In this document: piece by piece, positions 46,148 to 55,400 of the stretch
Layout of the letters: each line of letters begins with the position of its first letter
Numbering within the stretch: the stretch's first letter is position 1
Assembly (NCBI GenBank): GCA_027064425.1
Contig: JAMOPO010000015.1
Coordinates: forward strand, 320,001 to 384,000
Reading direction: 5' to 3'
Source: Methanobacteriota archaeon
Lineage (GTDB): Archaea; JAADCQ01; Methanopyri; Methanopyrales; Methanopyraceae
Length of the DNA: 64,000 bases
The notes under the pieces: model-generated
What the model saw: only the letters and a program-made list of their open reading frames with translations
What the model was told of the DNA's origin: nothing
The model's database searches: none
Translations under genes and position numbers: made by a program

Positions 46148-46649
46148 GGAACTCGACCAGGTCGCTCGCCCTCCGAGAGAACTCGCGGAAGGCCTCTTCC
46201 TCGCCCCACCACTCACCCTCCACGCTCGCAAGGCCCTTGGAGACGAGCCTCCGGAGCGCCAGCTCCACCAGCCCGTCCCGACGGGGATCGCCCGTCCGGC
46301 CCAGCCGCACCGTCACCGCCCGCCTCCCCCGCCACTTCACCACCCTGAGAGGTAGCGAGCGGCCCCCGACCGGGCCCAACAGGTCACACACGAGGCAGGT
46401 CACGTACAGGTCCTCGTCCTTGAGGTACCTACGCCCGGACTCCAGCACCCTGCCCGCGGCCTCCAGCTCCCACATCGGCACGAACCCGCGCGGCCGGTAC
46501 CGGCCCACGTCCCGCGGGTGACAGTACGGTGGACCGCCCACCGGGCAGGCGAACGCCCGGTGCTCGATCTCGCCCAGGACCACCTCGCACAGGCTCCTCT
46601 TGAGCAGCTTCCGACAGTCTTCGCCCGAGAGCGACCGGACCAGGACCAA
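46080..46649 (-). CDS. Cys-containing hypothetical protein with RAMP (Csm3/Cas7)-like N-terminal pattern
   Basis: GGGGTG RBS and TTG; SLSGEDCRKLLKRSLCE...C..C...CLVCDLLG. Confidence 0.5.
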   Translation of the reverse strand: MVLVRSLSGEDCRKLLKRSLCEVVLGEIEHRAFACPVGGPPYCHPRDVGRYRPRGFVPMWELEAAGRVLESGRRYLKDEDLYVTCLVCDLLGPVGGRSLPLRVVKWRGRRAVTVRLGRTGDPRRDGLVELALRRLVSKGLASVEGEWWGEEEAFREFSRRASDLVEFLMSHDLLAIPPRASRSSGASSR

Positions 46650-46675
46650 CCGGGAGACACCCCGGGGGGCCCGGG

Positions 46676-47908
46676 TTGGCCAGCGTAGCCGAGCGTATCC
46701 TGTCTGAAAAATGTGGCGAGCGCGTCGAGGCCGGAGACGTCGTGGCCATCGAGCCGGACGTGATCATGCTGCACGACGGGTCCGGGGCCACGGCCCTCCG
46801 GACCCTCCGGGAGCTAGGGACGGAGCGCGTGAGGCGGCCGGAGAAGGTCGTCCTAATCTTCGACCACTCCGTCCCACCCAGCTCGGTGGAGGCGGCCAAC
46901 CGGCAGAACGAGCTCCTCGAGTTCGCCCGGCGGCACGGGATCGAGCGCGTCCACGTGGACGAGGGAATCTGCCACCAAATCCTCGTGGAGGAGGGGTACG
47001 CCCAACCGGGCCGCGTCGTCTTCGGCGGGGACTCGCACACCCCGACCGTTGGAGCCGTTTCCGCCCTCGGGTTCGGCTTCGGCGGCACCGACATGGCCTT
47101 CACGCTGCTGTACGGTGAGCTCTGGATCCGCGTACCCCGGACCATCCGAGTACACGTGACCGGGGAGCTCGAGGCGGGGGTCACGGCGAAGGACCTGGCC
47201 CTAACCATCGTCGGCGAGCTGGGGGCCGGGTACGCGGACTACGCCGTTCTCGAGTACACCGGCCTGCCGGAGCGCCTGCCCACGGGCGACCGAATGTGCC
47301 TGTGTAACCTGGCCACGGAGGCGGGGGCCAAGTCCGCCTACGTACCGCCCAAGGACGGTCCCGAGGACCTGCGGCCCGGGGACGCCGACGAGGTCGTCGA
47401 GGTCGACGCCTCAGAGGTCGAGCCGGTCGTCTCCGTCCCGGACGCCGTGGACGACGTGAGGCCGGTCGGAGACGTGCAGGGCACCGAGATCACCCGGGTG
47501 TTCGTCGGCTCGTGCACCAACGGTCGGTACCGGGACGTTAGGGCGTTCACGGAGGCGCTGGACGCGCTCGGCGGCCCCGACTCGGACGTCCGAGTCGTGG
47601 TCGTGCCGGCCTCCCGACGCGTTCTGCTCAAGCTGACCCGGGACGGGACCCTGGAGCGCCTCCTCGAGCTCGATGTGACCGTGGCCCCGCCCGGGTGCGG
47701 TCCCTGTCTGGGCGAGCACATGGGCGTGCTGGGCGACGACGACGTGTGCGTCTCCACCGCCAACCGCAACTTCCCGGGCCGAATGGGGTCGACCGAGGCC
47801 GACATCTACCTGGCCAGCCCGCTCACCGCGGCCGTGGCCGCCGCCCTGGGGGAGCTCGCGGACCCGCGCGAGGAGCTCCCCGACAGCGTGCTGGAACGGG
47901 TGGGATGA
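46676..47908 (+). CDS. aksD: Homoaconitase / isopropylmalate isomerase large subunit
   Basis: FDH, GICHQ, GDSHT, GSCTNGR, CGPCLG, NRNFPGRMG. Confidence 0.82.
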   Translation: MASVAERILSEKCGERVEAGDVVAIEPDVIMLHDGSGATALRTLRELGTERVRRPEKVVLIFDHSVPPSSVEAANRQNELLEFARRHGIERVHVDEGICHQILVEEGYAQPGRVVFGGDSHTPTVGAVSALGFGFGGTDMAFTLLYGELWIRVPRTIRVHVTGELEAGVTAKDLALTIVGELGAGYADYAVLEYTGLPERLPTGDRMCLCNLATEAGAKSAYVPPKDGPEDLRPGDADEVVEVDASEVEPVVSVPDAVDDVRPVGDVQGTEITRVFVGSCTNGRYRDVRAFTEALDALGGPDSDVRVVVVPASRRVLLKLTRDGTLERLLELDVTVAPPGCGPCLGEHMGVLGDDDVCVSTANRNFPGRMGSTEADIYLASPLTAAVAAALGELADPREELPDSVLERVG

Positions 47909-47911
47909 GCC

Positions 47912-48415
47912 GTGAGGTGGGAGGGACGCGCCTGGGTGTTCGGCGACGACGTTGACACGGACCAGATCATCCCGGGCCGCTACCTCCGGCGGGTCTCCTA
48001 CGACGAGCTGGGCAGGTACGCGATGACGGGGGCGGACCCGGAGTTCCCGGAGAAGGTCCGGGAGGGTGACATCATCGTCGCGGGCCGGAACTTCGGGTGC
48101 GGCTCCTCCCGGGAGCAGGCGGTCATGGCGCTGCAGCAGGCCGGGGTCGCGTGCGTCGTCGCACGCTCCTTCGCTCGGATCTTTTACCGGAACGCTCTGA
48201 ACCGGGGTCTGCCGACGATCGAGGCGCGCGGGGATCCCACGGAGGTCGTTGAGGACCGTGAGAGGGTCGTCGTCGACCTGGACGAGCTCGTTCTGAGGAC
48301 AGGGTCGGGCGAGGTGCCCCTCCGCGAGCCACCCGAGTTCGCCCTGAGGGCCTGGCGAGAGGGCGGTCTGCTGGAGCTTGCCAGGGAGGACCCGGAGCGG
48401 CCGCCGTGGCGATGA
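47912..48415 (+). CDS. aksE: Homoaconitase small subunit
   Basis: DVDTDQIIPGRYLR (YLR loop typical of homoaconitase), NFGCGSSRE. Confidence 0.8.
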   Translation: MRWEGRAWVFGDDVDTDQIIPGRYLRRVSYDELGRYAMTGADPEFPEKVREGDIIVAGRNFGCGSSREQAVMALQQAGVACVVARSFARIFYRNALNRGLPTIEARGDPTEVVEDRERVVVDLDELVLRTGSGEVPLREPPEFALRAWREGGLLELAREDPERPPWR

Positions 48416-48800
48416 CGCCGAGCTGCGCCTCCTCCTGCGGGCCGTCAGGGAGTTGGGCGCGAGCCGGGTCGTGGAGGTGGGCCACGGGAGGAACCTACGG
48501 TACCTCTCGTTCCTGCGAGAGCACGGGGTGGACGCGGTCGGGGTCGAGACGCGAACCGAGCACGTCCGGAGGGCGCTGGCTCGGGGCCTACCCTCGGTGA
48601 ACGTGGACGCGGTCGGGGAATCGGGCTGGGTCAGGCGGGTGCTGAGGCCCGACCTGGTCTACTCGGCGCGGCCCCCGGTGGAGCTGGCTCTGGGCCTCTT
48701 GAGGGAGTATTCCCCGGTGCTGCTGAGAATGAGGGAGGAAGAGCGGTGGGAGCTGCCGGAGCCGACCCGCCGGTTGGGACCCTGGGACCTCTACGCCTAG
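48378..48800 (+). CDS. UPF0146-like small Rossmann-fold protein
   Basis: VVEVGHG, DLVYSARPPVEL. Confidence 0.65.
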   Translation: MPGRTRSGRRGDDAELRLLLRAVRELGASRVVEVGHGRNLRYLSFLREHGVDAVGVETRTEHVRRALARGLPSVNVDAVGESGWVRRVLRPDLVYSARPPVELALGLLREYSPVLLRMREEERWELPEPTRRLGPWDLYA

Positions 48801-49909
48801 AGGTACTCCCGGACACGGTCGTACAGGACCGAGCCCGCGGCCAGGAAGCCCAGCGTAAAGCCCAGCAGGATGAGCAGGTCCACGGGGTCCAGGTAGCCCA
48901 GCAGCGCGGCCTTCCGGGCCGCGTCACCCATGTAGTACATCGGGTTGATGAGGGCGAACGCCCGGGCCCAGCCCGGCATGACGCTGATCGGCATGAAAAT
49001 GCCGGAGAGGAACATCATCGGGATGGTCACCGCGCCCGTGGCCATCTCCGCGACCTCGGAGCGGCCGGCGAGCGACGCCATGAGGAGGCCGAGCCCGACC
49101 ATCGTGGCGGCGGATAGCGCCCCCACCAGGAACAGCAGGACGGGGTGGAGGATCTTCGCGCCCAGGGCCAGCGCGACGAGCACGACGATCGCGCACCTGA
49201 CGCATCCCCAGATGGTCATGTTCACGAACCGGCCGATGACGACGTCCCGCGCCCGGATGGGGGCCGCGAAGAGGGCGTAGGCCACGCCCAGCTCGATCTC
49301 CTCCATCATGAGGCGCCCGAGCCCGAAGATGGAGCCCATCGCCGCGGTCATGACGGCCAGTCCCGGGACCAGGTAGTCGAAGTACTTCATTCCCTTCACC
49401 GGCGTTTGCACGCGAAACGGGTTGAACTGCGGCACGTGGACGGGCCGCTCGGGCGCCGCTTTCAGCACCGGGGCCAGCCGCCTCACGGAGGACTTGACGG
49501 TGCCCGCCACGTGCCTCGCCCAGGACCGCTGGATCTTGTTCAGGACGTACCGGGAGCCCATCGGATCGGTTGGATCGTAATAGACCGTGGCCTTGCGGTC
49601 CGGGAACCCGGACGGCAGGTACAGAAAGACCGAGGCCGAGCCCCGCCGAACCAGGTCGCGTCCCTCTCGAACGCTCTTCACGTGGATCAGGTGGATCCGA
49701 TGATCGCACCTCAGCTGGTCAACGATCGGGTCCCCGGCGCCCGAGTCGTGCCGGAGGATCGCGACGTTGACGCTGGTTGGCTTCACGTCGTGGAAGGCCC
49801 CGTACATCACGATCATCATGACGATGGGCGTGACGATGGTGACCGTCACCCGCCTCCGGTCCTTCACCCAGGCCTTGAAGTCCCGGGCGGCGATCGTGCG
49901 CCAGCTCAC
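48797..49909 (-). CDS. ABC-2 type exporter permease
   Basis: Multiple TM helices, YLVPGL, FLSGIFMP..MPGW, INPMYY. Confidence 0.9.
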   Translation of the reverse strand: MSWRTIAARDFKAWVKDRRRVTVTIVTPIVMMIVMYGAFHDVKPTSVNVAILRHDSGAGDPIVDQLRCDHRIHLIHVKSVREGRDLVRRGSASVFLYLPSGFPDRKATVYYDPTDPMGSRYVLNKIQRSWARHVAGTVKSSVRRLAPVLKAAPERPVHVPQFNPFRVQTPVKGMKYFDYLVPGLAVMTAAMGSIFGLGRLMMEEIELGVAYALFAAPIRARDVVIGRFVNMTIWGCVRCAIVVLVALALGAKILHPVLLFLVGALSAATMVGLGLLMASLAGRSEVAEMATGAVTIPMMFLSGIFMPISVMPGWARAFALINPMYYMGDAARKAALLGYLDPVDLLILLGFTLGFLAAGSVLYDRVREYL

Positions 49910-49913
49910 GCCC

Positions 49914-50621
49914 TCACTCCCCCGCCACCTGCGCCGCGACGGACCGGTACGCGTCCAGCACGGACCCGTGCTCGCTCATCAGCCGGTCGAACGGCTCGTC
50001 CAGGGCCTTGCGGCCCTCCAGGAAGATCAGGACGCGGTCCGGCTCCAGCTGCTCCACCTCGTGAACGTCGTGGGAGACGTAGAGGACCGTCGTCCCCGAC
50101 TCGTTGTACTCGCGCACGGCCTCTATCACGTCCTGCCGGGCCGTCGGGTCCAGCTCGTTGGTCGGTTCGTCGAGCACCAGGATCTCGGGCCGGAGGGCGA
50201 GGGCCAGGGCGACGGCGGCGCGCTTCCGCATGCCGCCGGAGAGGTGCTCCACGCGCCGGTCCATGTACTCGTGCACCTCCAGGAGCTCGAACGGCTCCTC
50301 GTCCGGCTCGACACCGTACAGCTCGGCGTAGAACCGGACGTTCTCCCGAACGGTCTGCTCGAGGTACAGCCCTCCCTGCTGAGGCACGATGGAGACGCGG
50401 CGCTTGATGTCCGGGTCGGACGGGTCGCCCCCCAGGACGCGGATCTCGCCCCTGGTGGGCCTGGTGACGCCGCACACGATCTTGATGAACGTGGACTTGC
50501 CGGCACCGTTGGGGCCGAGGATGGCCACGAGCTCTCCCCGGTCTATGTCGACGTTCACGGAGCGGAGGGCGACGACCCGCCCGTACTCCTTCCACAGGTT
50601 CGTGGCCTGGACGGCGGACAA
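49914..50621 (-). CDS. ABC exporter ATP-binding subunit
   Basis: GPNGAGKS, LSGGM, LDEPT, SH. Confidence 0.92.
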   Translation of the reverse strand: MSAVQATNLWKEYGRVVALRSVNVDIDRGELVAILGPNGAGKSTFIKIVCGVTRPTRGEIRVLGGDPSDPDIKRRVSIVPQQGGLYLEQTVRENVRFYAELYGVEPDEEPFELLEVHEYMDRRVEHLSGGMRKRAAVALALALRPEILVLDEPTNELDPTARQDVIEAVREYNESGTTVLYVSHDVHEVEQLEPDRVLIFLEGRKALDEPFDRLMSEHGSVLDAYRSVAAQVAGE

Positions 50622-50695
50622 GGTGACCCCCCGCGGCGTCGCCCGGCCGCCCACGCCTTTGGTCATTCACCCGGGGACCGCGGTTGGAGGAGGGT

Positions 50696-50717
50696 CGTTT
50701 CGAACATCGTAACGATT
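50696..50717. repeat. Dispersed palindrome copy
   Basis: CGTTTCGA ACA TCGTAACG ATT, about 20 nt past the macro-domain stop. Confidence 0.78.
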
Positions 50718-50733
50718 CGTCCGGCGGGAGGGC

Positions 50734-51273
50734 TCAGCGCAGGGCCTCAGCGAACGCCTCCGCCAGCTCCTCCTCGTACCCCACCAGGAAGACCCTGCGA
50801 ACCCGCTCGAGCTCCGGAGCCAGCTCCCGGATAACGCCGACCATGGTCTCCGCGGCGTCCTCGTAGGGGACGCCGCCGACCCCGGTTCCCATCCCCGGGA
50901 ACGCGACGGACTCCACGCCCAGCTCCTCCGCCTTTTCCAGCGCCGCCCGGGTGGCCTTCTCGACGTTCTCCACGCCGATCCGCTGGGCCGGCCGCTCCAT
51001 GGTGGGTGCGTGGATGACGTACTCCGCGCTCAGCCGGCCCGCGGTCGTGGCGACGGCTTCACCCACGGGGATCGGCGCCTTCTCGCGCGCCTCGCGCTCG
51101 ATCTCCTCCCCTCCCTTCTCCTTGATCGCGGCCGCCACGCCGCCTCCCATCACGCCCTGGCTGTTGGCCGGGTTCACGATCGCGTCCGCGTCCTCCAGCT
51201 CGGTGATGTCGCCCTGGAGGACGATCACCTCAACCCCTTCCACTTCGGTGCGGAACACCTCCTTCAGGGGCAA
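50734..51273 (-). CDS. Macro-domain (ADP-ribose binding/hydrolase) protein
   Basis: TTG 51273 after GGGGGTG; GDIT, AIVNPAN, GGGVA, VIHA, PGMGTGVG. Confidence 0.92.
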   Translation of the reverse strand: MPLKEVFRTEVEGVEVIVLQGDITELEDADAIVNPANSQGVMGGGVAAAIKEKGGEEIEREAREKAPIPVGEAVATTAGRLSAEYVIHAPTMERPAQRIGVENVEKATRAALEKAEELGVESVAFPGMGTGVGGVPYEDAAETMVGVIRELAPELERVRRVFLVGYEEELAEAFAEALR

Positions 51274-51287
51274 GCGCCGGCACCCCC

Positions 51288-51358
51288 AGCCTCGGGAACC
51301 CCGTCGTATCTTCATCACTACGCCCGGGACTCCGCTGGCGCGGTGCTCCTCATCGGCC
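51288..51358 (-). ncRNA. Box C/D guide sRNA candidate
   Basis: GGCC-G-ATGAGGA-GCACCGCGCCAG-CGGA...GTGATGA-AGATACGACGGGGTTC-CCGA-GGCT. Confidence 0.55.
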
Positions 51359-51378
51359 TACGGGGGCGCCGGGCGGGC

Positions 51379-51439
51379 CGGTTTCGGCCCCCGTCATACT
51401 CATCACCGCTCAGAGGGGACAATGGTTCCTCATCAACCA
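51379..51439 (-). ncRNA. Box C/D guide sRNA candidate
   Basis: GG-TTGATGA-GGAACCATTGTCCCCT-CTGA-GCG-GTGATGA-GTATGACGGGGG-CCGA-AACC. Confidence 0.72.
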
Positions 51440-51460
51440 GCGTGATCGGGGTCAGCGTGA

Positions 51461-51541
51461 GCGTGTGCCCGGCGGCTTGCCCGCCCCCTCATCCCGACCC
51501 GCGAAGGGAGCGTCAGGGACGGCCTCCGGGCTTTACCGGGC
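51461..51541 (-). ncRNA. H/ACA-like hairpin candidate
   Basis: GCCCGG...CCGGGC-ACA, inner GCCC/GGGC stem, CTGA/GGATGA K-turn pair. Confidence 0.42.
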
Positions 51542-51669
51542 TGCCGACCGGTCGGGGCATCCCCGGCGGTCGGGGAGACCGCCCGGTTCCCGACCGGGCG
51601 CCCTCGGACTGCCAGGATCTATAATCGTTTCCGCCAAGAACCAGCGCGGTCGGCGGGGCGTGGGGAGGC

Positions 51670-52428
51670 GTGACGCTTGAGGACTACCTGGCCCGACTGA
51701 AGGAGTCCAGCGCCGTCCACGAGCCGGACCTGAGGATCCCCGTGAAGCGGGCCCTACTGCCCTGGGTGCTGACCTACGCGTCGTGGGTCGGGATGGCGCT
51801 GCTACCGGGGCCCGAGCGACTCCACGCGCCGCACCCGGGACACTTTGCGCTGCTGGGAGCGGCCGCGCTCGCGGTCCTGGGCACGCTGCTGGTGGGCGAG
51901 GCCCTCTACCTGTATTACCTTTACCTGCTGATCCGGCGCCGCAACGAGCACTTCGAGCGCTCGCACCGGTTCTTCCTGGCCCTGGTAAGGCTGCTCCGAG
52001 AGGCCGGGTACGAGGACGTATCGGCGCTCGAGCTGAAGGTGGAGGAGCTGAGGAGGGAGCCCAAGAACCCGGTCCTCTGGGTGATCCTCTCGCTGGTCCC
52101 GGTGCTGGGGCTCCTGGCCGTCCTTTACGTGTACCACTCGCTGAATCGAGACTTCCACGAGCACTCCGTCGTGGAACGCAGCCTGGTGGAGGGCGTGGCC
52201 CGGGCCCTGGGAATGAGCCCGTACGAGCCCCCGTTCGAGGTGGAGGAGCTGGAACCGGTGCCGCGGCGGAGCACCGGCCTGTACCTGCTGCTGACGCTGC
52301 TAACGCTCGGGGTCTTCTCCGCGTACTGGTGGTACACCCTGGTACGGGACCCGAACGGGCACTTCCGGGCACACGAGCGGTTCGAACGGCGGCTGATTAG
52401 GGCGATAGAGGAGGGGATGGGAGGGTGA
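51670..52428 (+). CDS. Membrane protein with duplicated TM-'Y..Y...D.N.HF..H' unit (DUF4234-like)
   Basis: Repeats LYVYHSLNRDFHEH / AYWWYTLVRDPNGHFRAH; TATA-like TCTATAA at ~51618. Confidence 0.75.
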   Translation: MTLEDYLARLKESSAVHEPDLRIPVKRALLPWVLTYASWVGMALLPGPERLHAPHPGHFALLGAAALAVLGTLLVGEALYLYYLYLLIRRRNEHFERSHRFFLALVRLLREAGYEDVSALELKVEELRREPKNPVLWVILSLVPVLGLLAVLYVYHSLNRDFHEHSVVERSLVEGVARALGMSPYEPPFEVEELEPVPRRSTGLYLLLTLLTLGVFSAYWWYTLVRDPNGHFRAHERFERRLIRAIEEGMGG

Positions 52429-52429
52429 C

Positions 52430-55400
52430 TCAGCCCCCTACCTCCTTCAGCAGCTCGGCCAGCAGGCCGATGAGGCCGCGCTCGTTGAGCAGCTCCCGCG
52501 CGCGGTCCGAGAGTCGGTACGCGTCTCCAACGGGTTCGAACAGGTCCGTCTGGGCCAGTCGTCCAAGCTCCTTCTCGGAGAAGGTCGCGTCCGCGCCCTC
52601 CCGGGCCACTCGCCGCAGCACGTCGATGGCGGCGTCGCTTAGCCGCTCCGCCAGCTCGGGCGGTAGGCGCAGCTCCTCGATGAGGGCGGTCGTCTCCTCC
52701 TCGCCATCGCCGGGCAGCTGGGCCCGGCAGGCGTAGAACTCGGTTTCCTCGTACTCCCGGGCCCTGTCGATGACCCAGCCGAGCACGGGCGTCTGGACGC
52801 GGCCGGCGCTGAGCCAGGTCATGGCCTCCAGCTCGACGTCCGGCTCGACCTCCTCGCCGTTGACCACCGCCCGGACCTCCACGGCGTCCTCCCGGACCGA
52901 CTCGGCGTCGCCGAGCTCCCGGTTCTCGTCCATGAGGGTGGCGACATAGGTGACCTGGCCACCCCGGGAGATGCGCGTCCGAACGACGTACTCATCGCCC
53001 TCTCGGCGCACGCGGACGGGCCGGGACGGGACGTCCTCGTCCTCGAACCGGCGGCGGAAGTCAATGATCTTCACGCCCTCGGGCAGGCGGATACGGAGCT
53101 CGATGAACGTGCCGCGGTCACGCTCGCCCAGGTCGATGGTGAGGAGCTTGAACACCTCCCACAGGTCCTGGGACAGTGCGAAGCCGATCCACCGGTCGGC
53201 GACCCGGCGGAGGATCTGGGCGGACACGCGCCCGGCGTCCACGTCCTTCCAGTTCTCCTCCTCCAGCGCCTCGGAGATGCCGCGCCGGGTGACCTCGTGG
53301 AACTCGGTCCGGTGAACCTCCGCGGTGACCCAGCCGAGGTAGTTGAACACGTCCCACCCGATCTTCTCTCCCTCGGTGTCCGGGTCCGTGCCGATCAGGA
53401 TGACGTCGGCCTCGGCGGCGAGGTCCCGGATGGATTCCAGGAGTGGCGTCTTCAGCTCAACCTCGCCACCGCAGTTCGGGCACTCCTCGCGGCCCACGAC
53501 CTGCTCACCGCACTCCCGGCACCGGCCCAGCACGTCGTACACCGGCACCCACCGATCACCCACCTGCTCCACACCGAAGACGCCCTCGTCCTCCACGAGG
53601 TCCGCGACGTGGCCCTGCGTGGCGACAACGGTCAGGTGCAGGCCCTCGGCCGCGGCCTCGTAGGCCACGCCACCGTCCAGCCGGCGCCGGGAGGGCCGGC
53701 GCGAGAACAGGGAGGCGATCATCCGGGCCTTGTTCGGCGATTCGACGATCATCAGGGCCGAGCGGGCGAGCTTGCCGGCCTCCTCCGGCTCGAGCTCGCC
53801 CCGGAGGATCTTGCGCACGCGCTCCCGGTCGTCGTCCACCTTCTCCACCAGCTCGTCCAGCTCCTCCTCGGACACGCCCTCCAGGTTCAGGCCGATGTCG
53901 TCCGCCGTGAGCTCCTCCGGGTAGGACTTCCACTCGAACTCGGTCCCGTACGTGTACGACATTCGCCGGATCAGGCCGTTGAGCAGCCGGAGCTCCCGGT
54001 CGTCGTCCGGATCGCAGAGGACGAAGGACAGGCCGAAGGTCACGCCGCCGGCGAAGAGCCGGCTCACGCGCCCGCTGGCCTGTACGTACGTTCTCAGGTC
54101 CGGCACCTCGAGGAACGAGTCACCATCCTCCTCTCGCACGGCCACCGTGGTCGCCTCGCGCGCGAGCCGCTCCACCCGCTCCCGATCACCGAGCAGGTTC
54201 AGCAGCTCCCTCACGCCCTCGGCCAGCGTGCGGACGTTCCGGGCCAGCCAGGGCTCCACGTCCAGCTCGTCGGCGATCTCGTCCGCGTTCCGGTCGGCCA
54301 GGTCCTGGAGCTCCTCGATGGAGAGGTCCTCCACGGCCTCCTCGACCCGCTCCCGGTACCAGGCGCCGCGCCGGACGATCCGCCAGAGCCGGCCGGCGAC
54401 GCCCTCGAGCCGGCTCCGCAGCTGGGTGTCGTCGATTAGGCGCGCAAGGTTGGACAGGGCGGAGGCGACGTAGGTCACGTCCTTCAGATCCTCCTCCTCG
54501 GGCGTCAGCCGGATGCGCTGGCGCGGGACCCCGTAGAAGACGGCGTACCGGGCCGCCTGGGGTAAGTCGAGCCCGCGCACGATAACGCCGTACGGGCTGG
54601 CGACGGCGACGAGGACGTCCACCTCACCCTCCGCGAACGCGTCGATGGCCTCCTCGCGCTCCTCGGCCGACGTGCCGGCGTGGACCGCCCGCGCCTCTAT
54701 CCCGTGCTCTCGCAGGTGCTCGGCGATCTCCTCCGCCACCTCGCGCGCCCGCTCACCGCCGGGCAGACGCTGCGGTACGAAGACGAGGCCGCCCTCCGGA
54801 CCCACGCGCTCGACGACCTCGCGCACGGCCTCCGGGGACGGCTCTTTCGGCACGACCAGGTCCTGGATGTTCCGGAGCCCCTCGCCGCCGGCGCCCACCT
54901 CGAAGTCGAAGAGCTCCCGAACGACCGCGAGCCTCCGGGATGGAGCGGCGGCTCCGGTCGCGCTCATGAAGACGATCTGAGCGAGATCCCGCCCTTTAGC
55001 CTCCTCAACCTCCTCCTCCAGCTCCTCGAGCTCCTTCTCGAGCTCCTCCAGGTCGCGCCGGACGCGCTCGGCCCGCTCCTCTTCGCCGCGCTCCTCCAGT
55101 GACTCGAGCCAGTCGCGCAGCGAGTAGTACCGGCGCCGGAGGTTCGCGAGACGGTACGCGGCGTCGATCTCGTCCTGCTCCAGGCCCGCCACCCGGAGGA
55201 CGCGGTCGACGTTCCGGCCGGTACCGCGGATGATCGCGTCCACGTCGTCGACGAAGATCACGTCGAAGTCGAGCCGCTCGAGCTCCTCCACGCGGTGGAC
55301 CAGGAACTGGGCGGTGGTGATCAGGACGTCGAAGTCGCCCTCGCGGATGCGCTCCTGGGCCCTTCGCCGGCGCTCGTCGGGCATGGCCGCGTGGTAGCTG

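Noticed and set aside
52815-53150. Intein in reverse gyrase
   Set aside because: No N-terminal Cys/Ser block or C-terminal HN-C/S/T.
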